In this document: in pieces, positions 1-9,246 of the stretch
Position numbering within the stretch: the stretch's first letter is position 1
Layout of the letters: each line of letters opens with the position of its first letter
Virus record (IMG/VR): IMGVR_UViG_3300042905_003821
Reading direction: 5' to 3' (one strand)
Source of the DNA: an uncultured virus (IMG/VR IMGVR_UViG_3300042905_003821)
Lineage: Duplodnaviria; Heunggongvirae; Uroviricota; Caudoviricetes
Length of the DNA: 64,000 nt
Made by a program: the position numbers and the translations under genes
The notes under the pieces: generated by a model
Seen by the model: only the letters and a program-made list of their open reading frames with translations
Told to the model about the DNA's origin: nothing
Databases searched by the model: none

Positions 1-127
1 CCTGAGGTCCATCTAGGCGAACCGGACCTCAGGCCATGCCTGAGGTCCATCTAGGCGAACCGGACCTCAGGCCATGCCTGAGGTCCATCTAGGCGAACCG
101 GACCTCAGGCCATGCCTGAGGTCCATC
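1..127. repeat. Tandem repeat: 3 identical 38-bp units plus a 13-bp partial unit, each with an internal inverted repeat
   Basis: Unit CCTGAGGTCCATCTAGGCGAACCGGACCTCAGGCCATG at 1-38, 39-76, 77-114; CCTGAGGTCC and GGACCTCAGG are reverse complements. Confidence 0.95.
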
Positions 128-210
128 ATTCCAGCTTTTACGATTTACCTTTTACCCCTAACGTATAACTGTTTTTCCCCTTCCGTTTTTTCCCAAGGAG
201 TTTTTTCCCT

Positions 211-1056
211 ATGAATCGCAGCAAGTTTTTGCCCCTTTTGCAGTCCGTTTGTACTTCCACTACGAAAGATGTTTTCGCGATGGCGAAAACGCTTGGATTT
301 TCCGAGTTCGGGAAACGTGGTCGGAAGTATGTTTTCAAGCCCGGTTTTTCCCCTACGTCTCCCCTTGTCGTTTGTCACGCCGACACCGTAGTTAATGGCG
401 GTGATGGTCCGCACCCCTTCGCGTATGACAAGCAATCCGACACGGTCAATTCCATTGCCCTGGATGATCGGTTGGGGGTTGCTTGCATGTTCGACGCAAT
501 CCGCAATGAGACGGGGCATCTTTCCAAGTGTGCTTTCCTGATCTGTGACGACGAAGAAATCGGAGATTCCACCGCTCAGGTTTTCGACCGTAAAATTACC
601 CCCAATTTTCTTGTGGAGCTTGACCGGCGCGGGGTGGATGTCGTTTGCTACGAATACGAAAGCGCGTTGTTTTCCGGTTTGCTTTCCTCAGTCGGATTTC
701 ACGTTGGCCGGGGATCGTTTTCCGATATTTGCTACTTAGGCAAATACGGCGTTTGTGGGTTCAATGTCGGGATCGGATACCACAACGAACACTCCGAAAA
801 ATGCCATGCTAGGTTGTCCGATACGCAATCGCAGCTTGCTACTTTAGAGCAGTTTTTTGCCCGGTTTTTTGACCTGCGTTTGGCTTGGGAAGATACGAGC
901 TGTCGCGGATCGGTTCGGGATGATTACTACGGCATTGGCAATACGTTGACCGATGGCGACTTCGTGTACGACGAAGAAATCGAGTCTTGGTATCGCAAAA
1001 ACTACAAGGATAATCCAGCCGATAGGCTGAATTTTGAAGATTATCGCAATTTCTAG
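211..1056 (+). CDS. Zn-dependent exopeptidase-fold protein (M28/M42-like)
   Basis: Motifs HADTV, ALDDRLG, DDEEIG, ELDRRG, SFSDI, GYHNEH match the M28/M20/M42 metal-ligand pattern. Confidence 0.75.
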   Translation: MNRSKFLPLLQSVCTSTTKDVFAMAKTLGFSEFGKRGRKYVFKPGFSPTSPLVVCHADTVVNGGDGPHPFAYDKQSDTVNSIALDDRLGVACMFDAIRNETGHLSKCAFLICDDEEIGDSTAQVFDRKITPNFLVELDRRGVDVVCYEYESALFSGLLSSVGFHVGRGSFSDICYLGKYGVCGFNVGIGYHNEHSEKCHARLSDTQSQLATLEQFFARFFDLRLAWEDTSCRGSVRDDYYGIGNTLTDGDFVYDEEIESWYRKNYKDNPADRLNFEDYRNF

Positions 1057-1058
1057 TG

Positions 1059-1095
1059 ATTGTCGACTTGACACCAAGTCGACAATTCTTACACT
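1059..1095 (+). promoter_or_regulatory. Sigma70-like promoter overlapped by a 12-bp-arm inverted repeat
   Basis: TTGACA (1068-1073), 16 bp, TACACT (1090-1095); ATTGTCGACTTG-acac-CAAGTCGACAAT. Confidence 0.6.
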
Positions 1096-1147
1096 TCCCA
1101 CGATTGCTGGTTTTACGAGTTTTTTCACTTTCGGAGGTTTTTCAGTT

Positions 1148-1717
1148 ATGGCTACAGCAAAACAAAAGATCCAAGTACAAGCGGTTTTTGACCTCGTTTT
1201 GCGCTCCGCGCAAAACGTCAAGGGCTTTGACGCATCGACGCAGGAACTCGCCTTGCTTCGCAAGGCTTTTGACGGCATTTTCAACGTAGCTCAGACGGCC
1301 CCTAGAAAGGCCGCTCTGAGCTGGTGCGGATACGTTCGCAACGATGGGACCATTGACGAAGCCAAGCGGTTACAGTGCCTCCAATCGGCCTTTGGCCGAT
1401 TGTTTTTCTACCATCTAGGCAAGTCGGGCGCGTACCTTGGTACGATCATCAACGCAACCGAAAATCTTGGCAACATGGCACAAGCCTTCGGCTTGTGTCC
1501 ACATCCCGAAAGTGAAGTCAAGTGGTACTCTTTCAAGGATGCCAACTTGCCCGAAGCCGTCGAGTCTCGACGCAAGCGAGACGAAAACAGAGCCGTCGAA
1601 AGGCACTTCGCAGACGTTTGCGATACGTTCGCCCAAGTGTTTGTATTCCTCAACAAGAAGGGCCAAACGTCGAGCGTGCCGGGCGACGAATGGCGGCGGG
1701 TCTTGACGGGGGCATAA
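1148..1717 (+). CDS. Hypothetical protein
   Basis: ATG after GGAGG RBS; open 189 codons. Confidence 0.7.
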   Translation: MATAKQKIQVQAVFDLVLRSAQNVKGFDASTQELALLRKAFDGIFNVAQTAPRKAALSWCGYVRNDGTIDEAKRLQCLQSAFGRLFFYHLGKSGAYLGTIINATENLGNMAQAFGLCPHPESEVKWYSFKDANLPEAVESRRKRDENRAVERHFADVCDTFAQVFVFLNKKGQTSSVPGDEWRRVLTGA

Positions 1718-1843
1718 GTTCGCAGAGCGAACCGCCGGGCTTTGCCCGGCGGTCTAATGCACCGGATCGCCCGGCACGTTGCCGGGCGACCGCTGGTCGC
1801 AAGTCCAGTTTTTTGTTCTCAGTTTCGCGGAGTTTGTGGCAAC

Positions 1844-2128
1844 ATGGAATCAGGAATTTATTGGGTTCGACGTAGGGACTACGAGGGTACTCCAATGCTA
1901 GCCTACGTTCGCATTTACTCGAATTGTGTTGGTACTGTAGAACCTATAGACGGCTTAGAGCGATCTTTTGACGGCTCTGGGTTTGAAATCTTGGGGACAG
2001 TCTCTCCTGAGATAATCCCAATTGAGGCATCCCAAGAATTGGTCTGTAGTCATTGCGGCGGGTCCGGAGTGTGCGAAACTGAGCTACATGACGGGCTGGT
2101 CAATTGTTGGCGATGTTCCAACGATTAG
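1844..2128 (+). CDS. Hypothetical protein with C-terminal CxxCGGSG...CxxC zinc ribbon
   Basis: CSHCGGSG and CWRC motifs; GGAG upstream. Confidence 0.55.
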   Translation: MESGIYWVRRRDYEGTPMLAYVRIYSNCVGTVEPIDGLERSFDGSGFEILGTVSPEIIPIEASQELVCSHCGGSGVCETELHDGLVNCWRCSND

Positions 2129-2156
2129 TTTTCTTTTCCTATTTTGTTGTCAAGTT

Positions 2157-2187
2157 GCCTTGACAACAAGTCGACAAAATCTACACT
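2157..2187 (+). promoter_or_regulatory. Sigma70-like promoter, near copy of the one at 1068
   Basis: TTGACA (2160-2165), 16 bp, TACACT (2182-2187); shares CAAGTCGACAA in the spacer. Confidence 0.6.
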
Positions 2188-2234
2188 TCACACGAATCAC
2201 GTTTTTTCAGCTTTTTCAACAAAGGGTTTTTTCG

Positions 2235-2792
2235 ATGACTACAGCTACAATTTCCGCTCCTGTTTCGGTTTCCGCACCCGCTCCAATCTTCGATGCGGGT
2301 TACGATGGCCGGGAGACTCAGTTGACGGTCCGGGCAGTTCTGCCGGTCGAACCCCGGCAGAACGCCCGGAACCTCGGCGATACCAAGGAGACGGTGAAAA
2401 CCTACACCGTCCTCGGGATCAAGATCGGCGAAAACGGCAGGCCGGTTTCGCGATGCCTTGTCACCCTGCGGCTGTATTGCGGTCGAAGCCGTTCGGCTTC
2501 GACCGTGTACTCCGCAATCTGGGTGCATGGTCAAGACCAATGGACCACGGGCAAGGGATCGGCGGGGGGTTACGGATACTGCAAACACTCTCAAGCCGCC
2601 GCCGGGGCGATTGAGTCGGCGGGGATCGAACTGTACGGCACGCCTTACGGCAACCCATACAACGCGACCGGCGAAGTCGACTACAGCAAGCCTTGCCACA
2701 TTGGCGGGGTCGGTGAATCAGCAATCAAGGCGGCCCTGTTTGCCATTGGGCAGGCGTTGGGCTACTCCGATCTTGTCTGCGAGAGCTTCTAG
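2235..2792 (+). CDS. Hypothetical phage protein
   Basis: ATG downstream of promoter and T-rich leader; GxGxAGGYGYxKxSxA motif. Confidence 0.7.
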   Translation: MTTATISAPVSVSAPAPIFDAGYDGRETQLTVRAVLPVEPRQNARNLGDTKETVKTYTVLGIKIGENGRPVSRCLVTLRLYCGRSRSASTVYSAIWVHGQDQWTTGKGSAGGYGYCKHSQAAAGAIESAGIELYGTPYGNPYNATGEVDYSKPCHIGGVGESAIKAALFAIGQALGYSDLVCESF

Positions 2793-2874
2793 GTTTTGGT
2801 TTCGGTTTTATCGCCCCGCCGCTGTTGGCGGGGCGTGTGTTCGGTTTATTTTTTGTTGAGAGGATTTTTTTACG

Positions 2875-3378
2875 ATGATCGAAGCAACACTCCGACCGGC
2901 CATCAGTCGCACCCCTGGCGACCTCATCGCGACCGTAGGTCGCGATGGGGCCAAAGTTACGCCACATTCCGCAATCTTCACCGGCAAGATCTACCAAGCG
3001 ACCCCACGCAAGCGTGACGGGGTGCTGGTCTGGCGACTGGTCGGAACCTTTGGCGGTACTCGTACCGCCAAGGTCAAACCTAGTCTGAAATTCACCGAGC
3101 AGTTGCGAAAGATCGCAACGGATCGGGGGTTGGTTTGGCTCGCATCGTGCAAGCACAATAAGGTCTGCTGGGATACTCCGATAACAAAGCAAGCCTTGGA
3201 CGCAAGCGAAATCATTCACACTGGCTGGATTCCAAGCCGCGACGTAGCGGACCAGTGCGGAGTCAACGTAGCTGATTTTTTCGATCTGTCCGGTCGATTC
3301 CTTGGGCCAGATCAAAACGGCATTGAGCCGACTTTTGAGATCTTCTACTTGCCGCCGCTGGACGCGAACGCACGCTAG
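2875..3378 (+). CDS. Hypothetical protein
   Basis: 167-aa ORF with GAGAGG RBS. Confidence 0.65.
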   Translation: MIEATLRPAISRTPGDLIATVGRDGAKVTPHSAIFTGKIYQATPRKRDGVLVWRLVGTFGGTRTAKVKPSLKFTEQLRKIATDRGLVWLASCKHNKVCWDTPITKQALDASEIIHTGWIPSRDVADQCGVNVADFFDLSGRFLGPDQNGIEPTFEIFYLPPLDANAR

Positions 3379-3506
3379 CCCCTTCCGGGATGGGCTCCGG
3401 CTTACTAACACTTTTTTCTGAGAGGGTTTTTGGCTATGCTTGAAGTTTTGATTATCATCGCGGTTGCACTGTTCTGTCTCGGTTCAATCGGAGGGGGCAA
3501 ATAATT

Positions 3507-4055
3507 ATGAACAACGATCAACTGGCGGAAGTATTGCGGAAACATGCGCTCTGGTTGGCCGACTCGCCGGGAGGCGAGAGGGCCAACTTGTCCGGGGCCA
3601 GCTTGTCCAGGGCCAACTTGTCCGGGGCCAGCTTGTCCAGGGCCGACTTGTCCAGGGCCAGCTTGTCCAGGGCCAACTTGTACGGGGCCGACTTGTACGG
3701 GGCCGACTTGTCCAGGGCCAACTTGTACGGGGCCGACTTGTCCGGGGCCGACTTGTCCGGGGCCAACTTGTACGGGGCCGACTTGTCCGGGGCCGACTTG
3801 TCCGGGGCCAACTTGTCCTTCAAATTCGCCCAGGCGTACCTAGCACCGTGGTCGGTGCTAGTCACGCCTGAGAACATCACAATCGGATGCCAAACGCATC
3901 CGATTGACAAGTGGCTTGAATGGGGTCGCCAAGACGACCCCGAAGAAGTTCACGCAATGCACTGCAAAGCTCGGGCATGGTGGAATCGACACCAGAGCAT
4001 CGTTTTGGCGATGGCACACGCTGTGCGACTCAACGAGTCGCACCCAATCAACTAG
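3507..4055 (+). CDS. Pentapeptide-repeat protein
   Basis: About 16 tandem A(N/D/S)L(S/Y)(G/R) repeats encoded by 15-bp DNA repeats; C-terminal ITIGCQ.H..W domain. Confidence 0.92.
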   Translation: MNNDQLAEVLRKHALWLADSPGGERANLSGASLSRANLSGASLSRADLSRASLSRANLYGADLYGADLSRANLYGADLSGADLSGANLYGADLSGADLSGANLSFKFAQAYLAPWSVLVTPENITIGCQTHPIDKWLEWGRQDDPEEVHAMHCKARAWWNRHQSIVLAMAHAVRLNESHPIN

Positions 4056-4066
4056 GGGATCAAGCT

Positions 4067-4519
4067 ATGACAAAGGGTAAGTTCGCAGTAGTTTCTGGGG
4101 GCCTTAGCCTGTGCATCGTCGAGGGGGAAACCCCCCTCGACGCGAAACTGGAGGCCGCAAACCAGCTTCGGAACATCGGCAAAGCCGTCGATGATCTCGA
4201 AGCCATCGAACTGCGGTTTCTTTCGGGCTTCCCGGAGTTCACCGCCGGTGAACTCCGATTCGGGCACGAAGTTAAGCCCGGCGATTCGTTCCAGGATCAG
4301 TACAACCTCACCCAAACAGTCGTTCGCAACGCGAACGACCTCGAAGGGGTGACAAGAAGCTGGCCGCCCGGAACGGCGGCTACGCCGCCGTTCCGGGCAC
4401 ATGAGAACTCGCCGGGATGTTGGACGATTCCCGCATTCGCGGACAGCCGACAGGCTGTCCGCGAGGCGATTTTGGGGTCGGTAGGTGACGACCGGCTTGC
4501 CGGTCGTCATGCGGAGTAG
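4067..4519 (+). CDS. Hypothetical protein
   Basis: ATG after AGGGG RBS, in operon order. Confidence 0.6.
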   Translation: MTKGKFAVVSGGLSLCIVEGETPLDAKLEAANQLRNIGKAVDDLEAIELRFLSGFPEFTAGELRFGHEVKPGDSFQDQYNLTQTVVRNANDLEGVTRSWPPGTAATPPFRAHENSPGCWTIPAFADSRQAVREAILGSVGDDRLAGRHAE

Positions 4520-4558
4520 GTTTCTTTTTCGTTTGGTTTTTCTTTGGAGGTTTGCATC

Positions 4559-4882
4559 ATGCCAAAAAAGTATTATTCACACATCCGAGAGGGCTATGAC
4601 CCCCAACCCGAAGCATGGCACGCCGTAGGCGATTGTCTGCCTTTCATGGCTGTTTGGGGGCCTTTCGAGGAGGAATCGTCGATGCCCGTTTTGGTCTTAG
4701 TAGGCCGGGGTGGGGTATTCGATATGTTCACAGCGAGGTACTACCCCAGCAAACAAGACAAGCCCAACCGATGGCTGTTGTGTGGGGTGGGGCTTTTCCC
4801 GGAGGATTATCGTGTGGACAACGTCACGCACTGGCGGTGGTTGCCTACCGTCGAGAACCTCGACGGTGTGGAAACGCCTTAG
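4559..4882 (+). CDS. DUF551-like phage protein
   Basis: W...D.LP near the N-terminus and C-terminal VTHWRWLP signature. Confidence 0.6.
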   Translation: MPKKYYSHIREGYDPQPEAWHAVGDCLPFMAVWGPFEEESSMPVLVLVGRGGVFDMFTARYYPSKQDKPNRWLLCGVGLFPEDYRVDNVTHWRWLPTVENLDGVETP

Positions 4883-5427
4883 AGAGCCTCGAACCACACA
4901 ATCGAAGATCCCGCCACCGGGCCGAACATCGTTCGGCCCGTTCTTTTGGCGAAGTCATTCATGGCTTCGACTGCGAGTCCGTATTCTTCCAATTTGGGCT
5001 TGTAGTCGTGTAGGGCGATCACTCCGGGGAAATCCTCGACCAAGGCGAGGAATTCCTTCTCGTAGGCTTCTGGAGGCCGATGGGCGGCATCGTAGAAAAT
5101 CATATCGCAATTGGCGGGGTCGAAAGCATCCTGCCAAAACGCTACCCAATTGCCCCATAGACAAAGCACGTTTTCTATGGGGTAGATCAGTTCCTTGACC
5201 ACGTCCACATCGGGAGCCCCGATCATCGAGTCTCCCTGATACCAATCAATCGTGTCGACGTGCTTTGCCGTCGCCGCCATAGCGGCGGCGGCCCTGCCGT
5301 GATGCGTGCCGATGTCCAGCACCCTTTTTCCTTCGGCGAGTTGCTGTAGCAACCGCCCCTCGGTTTCAAACAGGTGGCCGGGGACGTTCAGGAAGTAATC
5401 CAAACTAGCCTTTATGTCTACTATCAT
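4879..5427 (-). CDS. Class I SAM-dependent methyltransferase (Methyltransf_24-like)
   Basis: VLDIGTHHG motif I, TID, DMIFYDAAH, IALHDY. Confidence 0.8.
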   Translation of the reverse strand: MIVDIKASLDYFLNVPGHLFETEGRLLQQLAEGKRVLDIGTHHGRAAAAMAATAKHVDTIDWYQGDSMIGAPDVDVVKELIYPIENVLCLWGNWVAFWQDAFDPANCDMIFYDAAHRPPEAYEKEFLALVEDFPGVIALHDYKPKLEEYGLAVEAMNDFAKRTGRTMFGPVAGSSIVWFEAL

Positions 5428-6664
5428 GCTGCTTTTTCCTATTTTCGATTGCGCTTTGTGCCTCAACAACCATCGTGGAGATCAAACCCGCTTCGCGGTC
5501 CCACACAGCGACCTCGGCGGCCCTTTGGTTGCCGATGTATCCGTTTTCGTAGTGCCAAGCATCCGTCGCGCTGAGCGACGGAATCACATCGACTTGGATG
5601 CCTTGGTGGGTATCCGTGTTGATGTGCCGGATCTGCTTCTTCGTGTGGAAGTGGCCGACTCGCATGTATCTGAAAACGCTGTGACTCCATTGAGAGCTAG
5701 CCTCAATCGGCATCATGCGTGCCAGCTTATCGAGACTCATTTTTTCTCCGTGGTCCCATCCGATCAGGTTTTTCCCCCACAGGAGGAACTTTCTCGTCTC
5801 CTCGTTGTCGACCGTCACTCGCTTGTTTGGCTCGAAGTGATGCCTGAGTGTCTCGCAAAGATGCCAGGAAGTGTACCGGTCGTGGTTTCCGGGGACGTAG
5901 AGCAGTCGGACAGGGGCGACCTCTTGGCATACCGAGATCGTGTCCCGAAGGGTCACGAATCCCTGCCTAAATACTTTCGTGTACCGGTCGTCAGTCGATT
6001 CGACCAAGGTTCCCTTGGTCGTCAATTTGTTGGCCCCGTCGAAGTGTAGGAAATCGTTGCCTATCGGCAAAACGATTTCTTCGGGATCGTAGGGGGCGAT
6101 GCGGTCGAGCATCGTATCGACCGCATTTCGATAGTCGTTTGCGGCAATTTCGAGATCGTAGTCATCGGATCGGGTTTGCTTCGACCAGCACAGCTTGCCG
6201 AAGTGGCAGTCGTACAGGCTGAATTCGATCAGGTGCTTCGCGGCTCGCTTGCGAGCCGCCTTGGTCGGCTTACACTGAGGCATCCTCGCTATGAGCGATA
6301 GGATGCCCTCTTGGATCGTCTTGGGGGCCTTTCGGCGGAGCTTGACTGTGATCTGCAAGTTGGGGACTTGCCACAGCGTTTCGATGCTCTTTGTGCCTAC
6401 GGCAACTTTTCGCTTCCCGGCGACTTCCCAGCGATTGATTTTGTATTCAGCGACTTCCCAAACGTCGAGATCGACTTTGGCGTGCGCGAGCAGTTCGTCT
6501 ACCGTTTTGATTTTGTCCCCGTGGTAGACAAGATCTCCGACATCGTCGGAGAACGTGGCAGAGAGGTCATTTGGCTTTTGTGCCTCGGCGGCCTGTTGGA
6601 GCTTTTCCTGCTTTTCGGCTACGGTTTTTTGTAGTTGCCCGAGTAGTGATTTCGACTTTGCCAT
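5405..6664 (-). CDS. Calcineurin-like metallophosphoesterase
   Basis: DCHFG, GNDFLH, GNHD, HG, GHFH motifs. Confidence 0.85.
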   Translation of the reverse strand: MAKSKSLLGQLQKTVAEKQEKLQQAAEAQKPNDLSATFSDDVGDLVYHGDKIKTVDELLAHAKVDLDVWEVAEYKINRWEVAGKRKVAVGTKSIETLWQVPNLQITVKLRRKAPKTIQEGILSLIARMPQCKPTKAARKRAAKHLIEFSLYDCHFGKLCWSKQTRSDDYDLEIAANDYRNAVDTMLDRIAPYDPEEIVLPIGNDFLHFDGANKLTTKGTLVESTDDRYTKVFRQGFVTLRDTISVCQEVAPVRLLYVPGNHDRYTSWHLCETLRHHFEPNKRVTVDNEETRKFLLWGKNLIGWDHGEKMSLDKLARMMPIEASSQWSHSVFRYMRVGHFHTKKQIRHINTDTHQGIQVDVIPSLSATDAWHYENGYIGNQRAAEVAVWDREAGLISTMVVEAQSAIENRKKQHDSRHKG

Positions 6665-6902
6665 TACGCACCTTTTTTAGAAAGTTCTGCCATCCCGCCA
6701 CAGTTGAGTGTGTTATGATTTCGGGGTGGCTTCGCATGAGACTGTCAATCAATTCAACGTCGGTAAGCCATTGTCGAATCTCGCTTTGTTCCTGCTTGTA
6801 GTCCTCCAGGACTACAAGCAACTGGGCTCCGATTCTAGGGTTGGAGTGGGCGATCTTATGGAAGATCGTCCACCTGCGTTTGTCTTGCGGGAAGTGGATC
6901 AT
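6567..6902 (-). CDS. Hypothetical protein
   Basis: ORF coupled to neighbours in the minus-strand operon. Confidence 0.5.
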   Translation of the reverse strand: MIHFPQDKRRWTIFHKIAHSNPRIGAQLLVVLEDYKQEQSEIRQWLTDVELIDSLMRSHPEIITHSTVAGWQNFLKKVRNGKVEITTRATTKNRSRKAGKAPTGRRGTKAK

Positions 6903-7144
6903 TTTGCCCGGCTCCTTTGCGCTTGTTCGATCTTCTTTTGGATGCTGTCCTGGTGCTTACCTGCAAGGTAAGCACCCACAACCAGCGAGTACAACACAAC
7001 GAAGATTACCGACATGCCCATCCAGCCTACCGGCTGTGATTCTTTGGTGAGTTGATCCGGTTTGGTTTCGTCTCGGCAACGCATCGCCGTTGCCGACTCC
7101 CAGGGATCTTGGGTTTCTTTTGGTTCTTTGAGTTCACTCGTCAT
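6899..7144 (-). CDS. Small single-TM membrane protein
   Basis: Hydrophobic MSVIFVVLYSLVVGAYLAG; ATGA coupling. Confidence 0.6.
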   Translation of the reverse strand: MTSELKEPKETQDPWESATAMRCRDETKPDQLTKESQPVGWMGMSVIFVVLYSLVVGAYLAGKHQDSIQKKIEQAQRSRAK

Positions 7145-7208
7145 TTACCGAGCCCTGAGCATACGAGACAAAGAAAGCCTAGCCAAAACACGAACAGGAG
7201 CAATGCCA

Positions 7209-7532
7209 TTACTTGGTTTCTCCTTCCAACTTGTCAATTCGGCTGTTGATGGAATCAACAGCCGAATTGACGTTGTCGTTGAGTCTCTTGTGGTCTTGCC
7301 TCCAATCAGAGTCCTTGATTACCTTTCCGACTGAATCGATGCCTTGGTAGGCTTCGAGTCTCTGTAATCGGAGGCTCAGGACAATGCAAGTGAAGATCAA
7401 AACACCGCACAAAAGAAACGAAACTGCCGAAAGCAGCATGAACGGCTCGACCGAACTTGGCACTTCGGAGAACACTCTCAGGTGGATCTGTTGGATCTTC
7501 GGTTCGATGTGTACTTCGGGTGTTTGGCTCAT
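7209..7532 (-). CDS. Small single-TM protein with coiled-coil tail
   Basis: Hydrophobic FMLLSAVSFLLCGVLIFTCIVLSL. Confidence 0.6.
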   Translation of the reverse strand: MSQTPEVHIEPKIQQIHLRVFSEVPSSVEPFMLLSAVSFLLCGVLIFTCIVLSLRLQRLEAYQGIDSVGKVIKDSDWRQDHKRLNDNVNSAVDSINSRIDKLEGETK

Positions 7533-7891
7533 GTGCTAGGTGCTTCCATCCACGCTGAGTCGCTTTGCTTTGTTTGGATTACTTGCGGTGGTTTTGTTTC
7601 GTCGGTGGCTTCGGATTTCACAACATAAATAATCAATAAGAGGGCAATGAAATTCACGAAAAACATCACTGGAACCAAACGGGTGGTTTGGTTTATCGCT
7701 TCGATTTCGATTTCGATTCCTCTGATTCGCCCGAGAATCGAATCGACTTTCTCAGCGTGTCGAAAATACCGTTCTTTATATTCGTCGCGGCTTTCCCGTA
7801 GGTGATCCGTTTCCTCTGCGCAGGCTTCGATAAGATCGAAGCAAGCCGTTGTTATTTTGTCAAAAGGCTGTGGTTTTTTCTCACTCGTCAT
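7529..7891 (-). CDS. Small membrane protein
   Basis: Coiled coil followed by TM VPVMFFVNFIALLLIIYVV. Confidence 0.6.
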   Translation of the reverse strand: MTSEKKPQPFDKITTACFDLIEACAEETDHLRESRDEYKERYFRHAEKVDSILGRIRGIEIEIEAINQTTRLVPVMFFVNFIALLLIIYVVKSEATDETKPPQVIQTKQSDSAWMEAPST

Positions 7892-8073
7892 TGTCCGCTC
7901 TTTTGTTGCGACATGAAAACGGCAAATAAAATAATCTGGACGAGATTGAGCATGAGGCTAGTTGCTGAGATAAGCACCAACAGCAGGGTGTTGGCGTTCA
8001 TTTGCCCAACATCGTTTTCGATGCCTCGCATTTGACCCCCCAGGTGTTTGATTTCGTCGTGTTCACTCGTCAT
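7888..8073 (-). CDS. Small membrane protein
   Basis: TM LLLVLISATSLMLNLVQIILFAVFM. Confidence 0.6.
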   Translation of the reverse strand: MTSEHDEIKHLGGQMRGIENDVGQMNANTLLLVLISATSLMLNLVQIILFAVFMSQQKSGQ

Positions 8074-8218
8074 TGGCGATGGCCTCTAGGTCGCTTACGA
8101 AAGGTTCACAACAATCGAGCAGCCGATCCAAGGCTAGGTGCAACAGCGCGAACGGGGCCAAGGCCCCATATAGGCAAATCAAAAAAACAAAGGCTAAACA
8201 TTTTCTTACTGGTTTCAT
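8063..8218 (-). CDS. Small membrane protein (MKPVRKCLAF...)
   Basis: ATGA overlap with upstream ORF; hydrophobic N-half. Confidence 0.5.
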   Translation of the reverse strand: MKPVRKCLAFVFLICLYGALAPFALLHLALDRLLDCCEPFVSDLEAIANDE

Positions 8219-8370
8219 TTTGCGCACTCCAATGCAAAATAAGTCGCCAAATCTACTATTTTCCAAATTGCCAAAACGGGAATCGAGATCACCGCGAGCC
8301 ACGTAAGCAAAGCTGGAATCCACAGCAGTGTGCCGCAGATTGCGTACAACAGTCGCCCGTCGTCTTTCAT
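8215..8370 (-). CDS. Small membrane protein (MKDDGRLLYAICGTLLWIP...), below the ORF-track cutoff
   Basis: Manual translation; ATGA coupling on both sides. Confidence 0.5.
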   Translation of the reverse strand: MKDDGRLLYAICGTLLWIPALLTWLAVISIPVLAIWKIVDLATYFALECAK

Positions 8371-8525
8371 AATCGCCCCTTCAACCAGTCAAGCACGTAA
8401 GCCGCACCAAGAGTGATGCCGTAGATCAAACCAAACAACGCAAGCAACCCCAGTGGCAACAATCCCATGAAAAACCAAATGGCTACGCCCGTCCAAACCC
8501 AGTCCCACATGATCCCTGCAATCAT
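8367..8525 (-). CDS. Small membrane protein (MIAGIMWDWVWTGVAIWFF...), below the ORF-track cutoff
   Basis: Manual translation; strongly hydrophobic; coupled. Confidence 0.5.
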   Translation of the reverse strand: MIAGIMWDWVWTGVAIWFFMGLLPLGLLALFGLIYGITLGAAYVLDWLKGRL

Positions 8526-8668
8526 TTACCACGCCCCCGATTAGACACCCAACGGCCTAAAAAATAGCCTGCGAAGAAACAGCCAGCCAAAAATGCCCCC
8601 ACGCCGAAAGGCCCAGTCCACAGGACAAGCTGAACGATGTACCAAGTGATTAGTCCGATTTCAGTCAT
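8522..8668 (-). CDS. Small membrane protein (MTEIGLITWYIVQLVLW...), below the ORF-track cutoff
   Basis: Manual translation; GGAGG RBS; coupled. Confidence 0.5.
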   Translation of the reverse strand: MTEIGLITWYIVQLVLWTGPFGVGAFLAGCFFAGYFLGRWVSNRGRGK

Positions 8669-8869
8669 TTACCACGCCTCCAAATAGGTCGCCAAATCTA
8701 CCATTTTCGCTTTCCGATCTCGAATAAAATCCATCCAGTAAACCCGTAAAGCCCGGTTGTAAAAACAACGAAAAAGGTTTCTAGGGCTTTTGCAAACATT
8801 ACCACGCCCCCGCTATTTGCCGATTGATTTCCGCCCTCGATGCTTTTATGAAGTCGCCGATTAGGTTAA

Positions 8870-9052
8870 TCATTTGCCGCACTTCTCGCAAACGGGTTCA
8901 GGGTGCAACGCCTCGAACCTATCGAGTCGTTGCTCCAATTCGTGGAGTCCAGAAATCGCGTAGATGCCAAAGGCAGTCAAAACTGCCCACAGAACAGTCC
9001 CAATGATGTACAGAGCTTTGATGTCGCTTGTGTTGGCTTCGGTGGGGGTCAT
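8870..9052 (-). CDS. Small membrane protein
   Basis: TM ALYIIGTVLWAVLTAFGIYAI; C-terminal CxxC. Confidence 0.55.
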   Translation of the reverse strand: MTPTEANTSDIKALYIIGTVLWAVLTAFGIYAISGLHELEQRLDRFEALHPEPVCEKCGK

Positions 9053-9246
9053 TCCACACCCGTCGAAGTGCTTCGCACTTCGCCTTCGCCTACTCGTCCT
9101 GCCTGCTCAGTGCGACTGAGAGCGGCTCTCGCGACATTGCCCGCGCCGAACTTTCGTCCGTGTGTGGTTTCGTCCGCTTCTATGTGAGTCAAGCATTGCT
9201 GTAACGCTTCTCGCAAAGCTCGAATGTCGGCTTCGGTGAGGGTCAT
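9049..9246 (-). CDS. Hypothetical protein
   Basis: Coupled ORF ending in RVGEGEVRSTS motif. Confidence 0.5.
   Translation of the reverse strand: MTLTEADIRALREALQQCLTHIEADETTHGRKFGAGNVARAALSRTEQAGRVGEGEVRSTSTGVE

Noticed and set aside
1..127. CRISPR array
   Set aside because: Units are identical and contiguous with no unique spacers; no cas genes in the window
3464..3910. Alternative-frame repeat proteins (CPGPT, GQLVR, DKSAP repeats)
   Set aside because: Shadows of the 15-bp repeats of the pentapeptide gene
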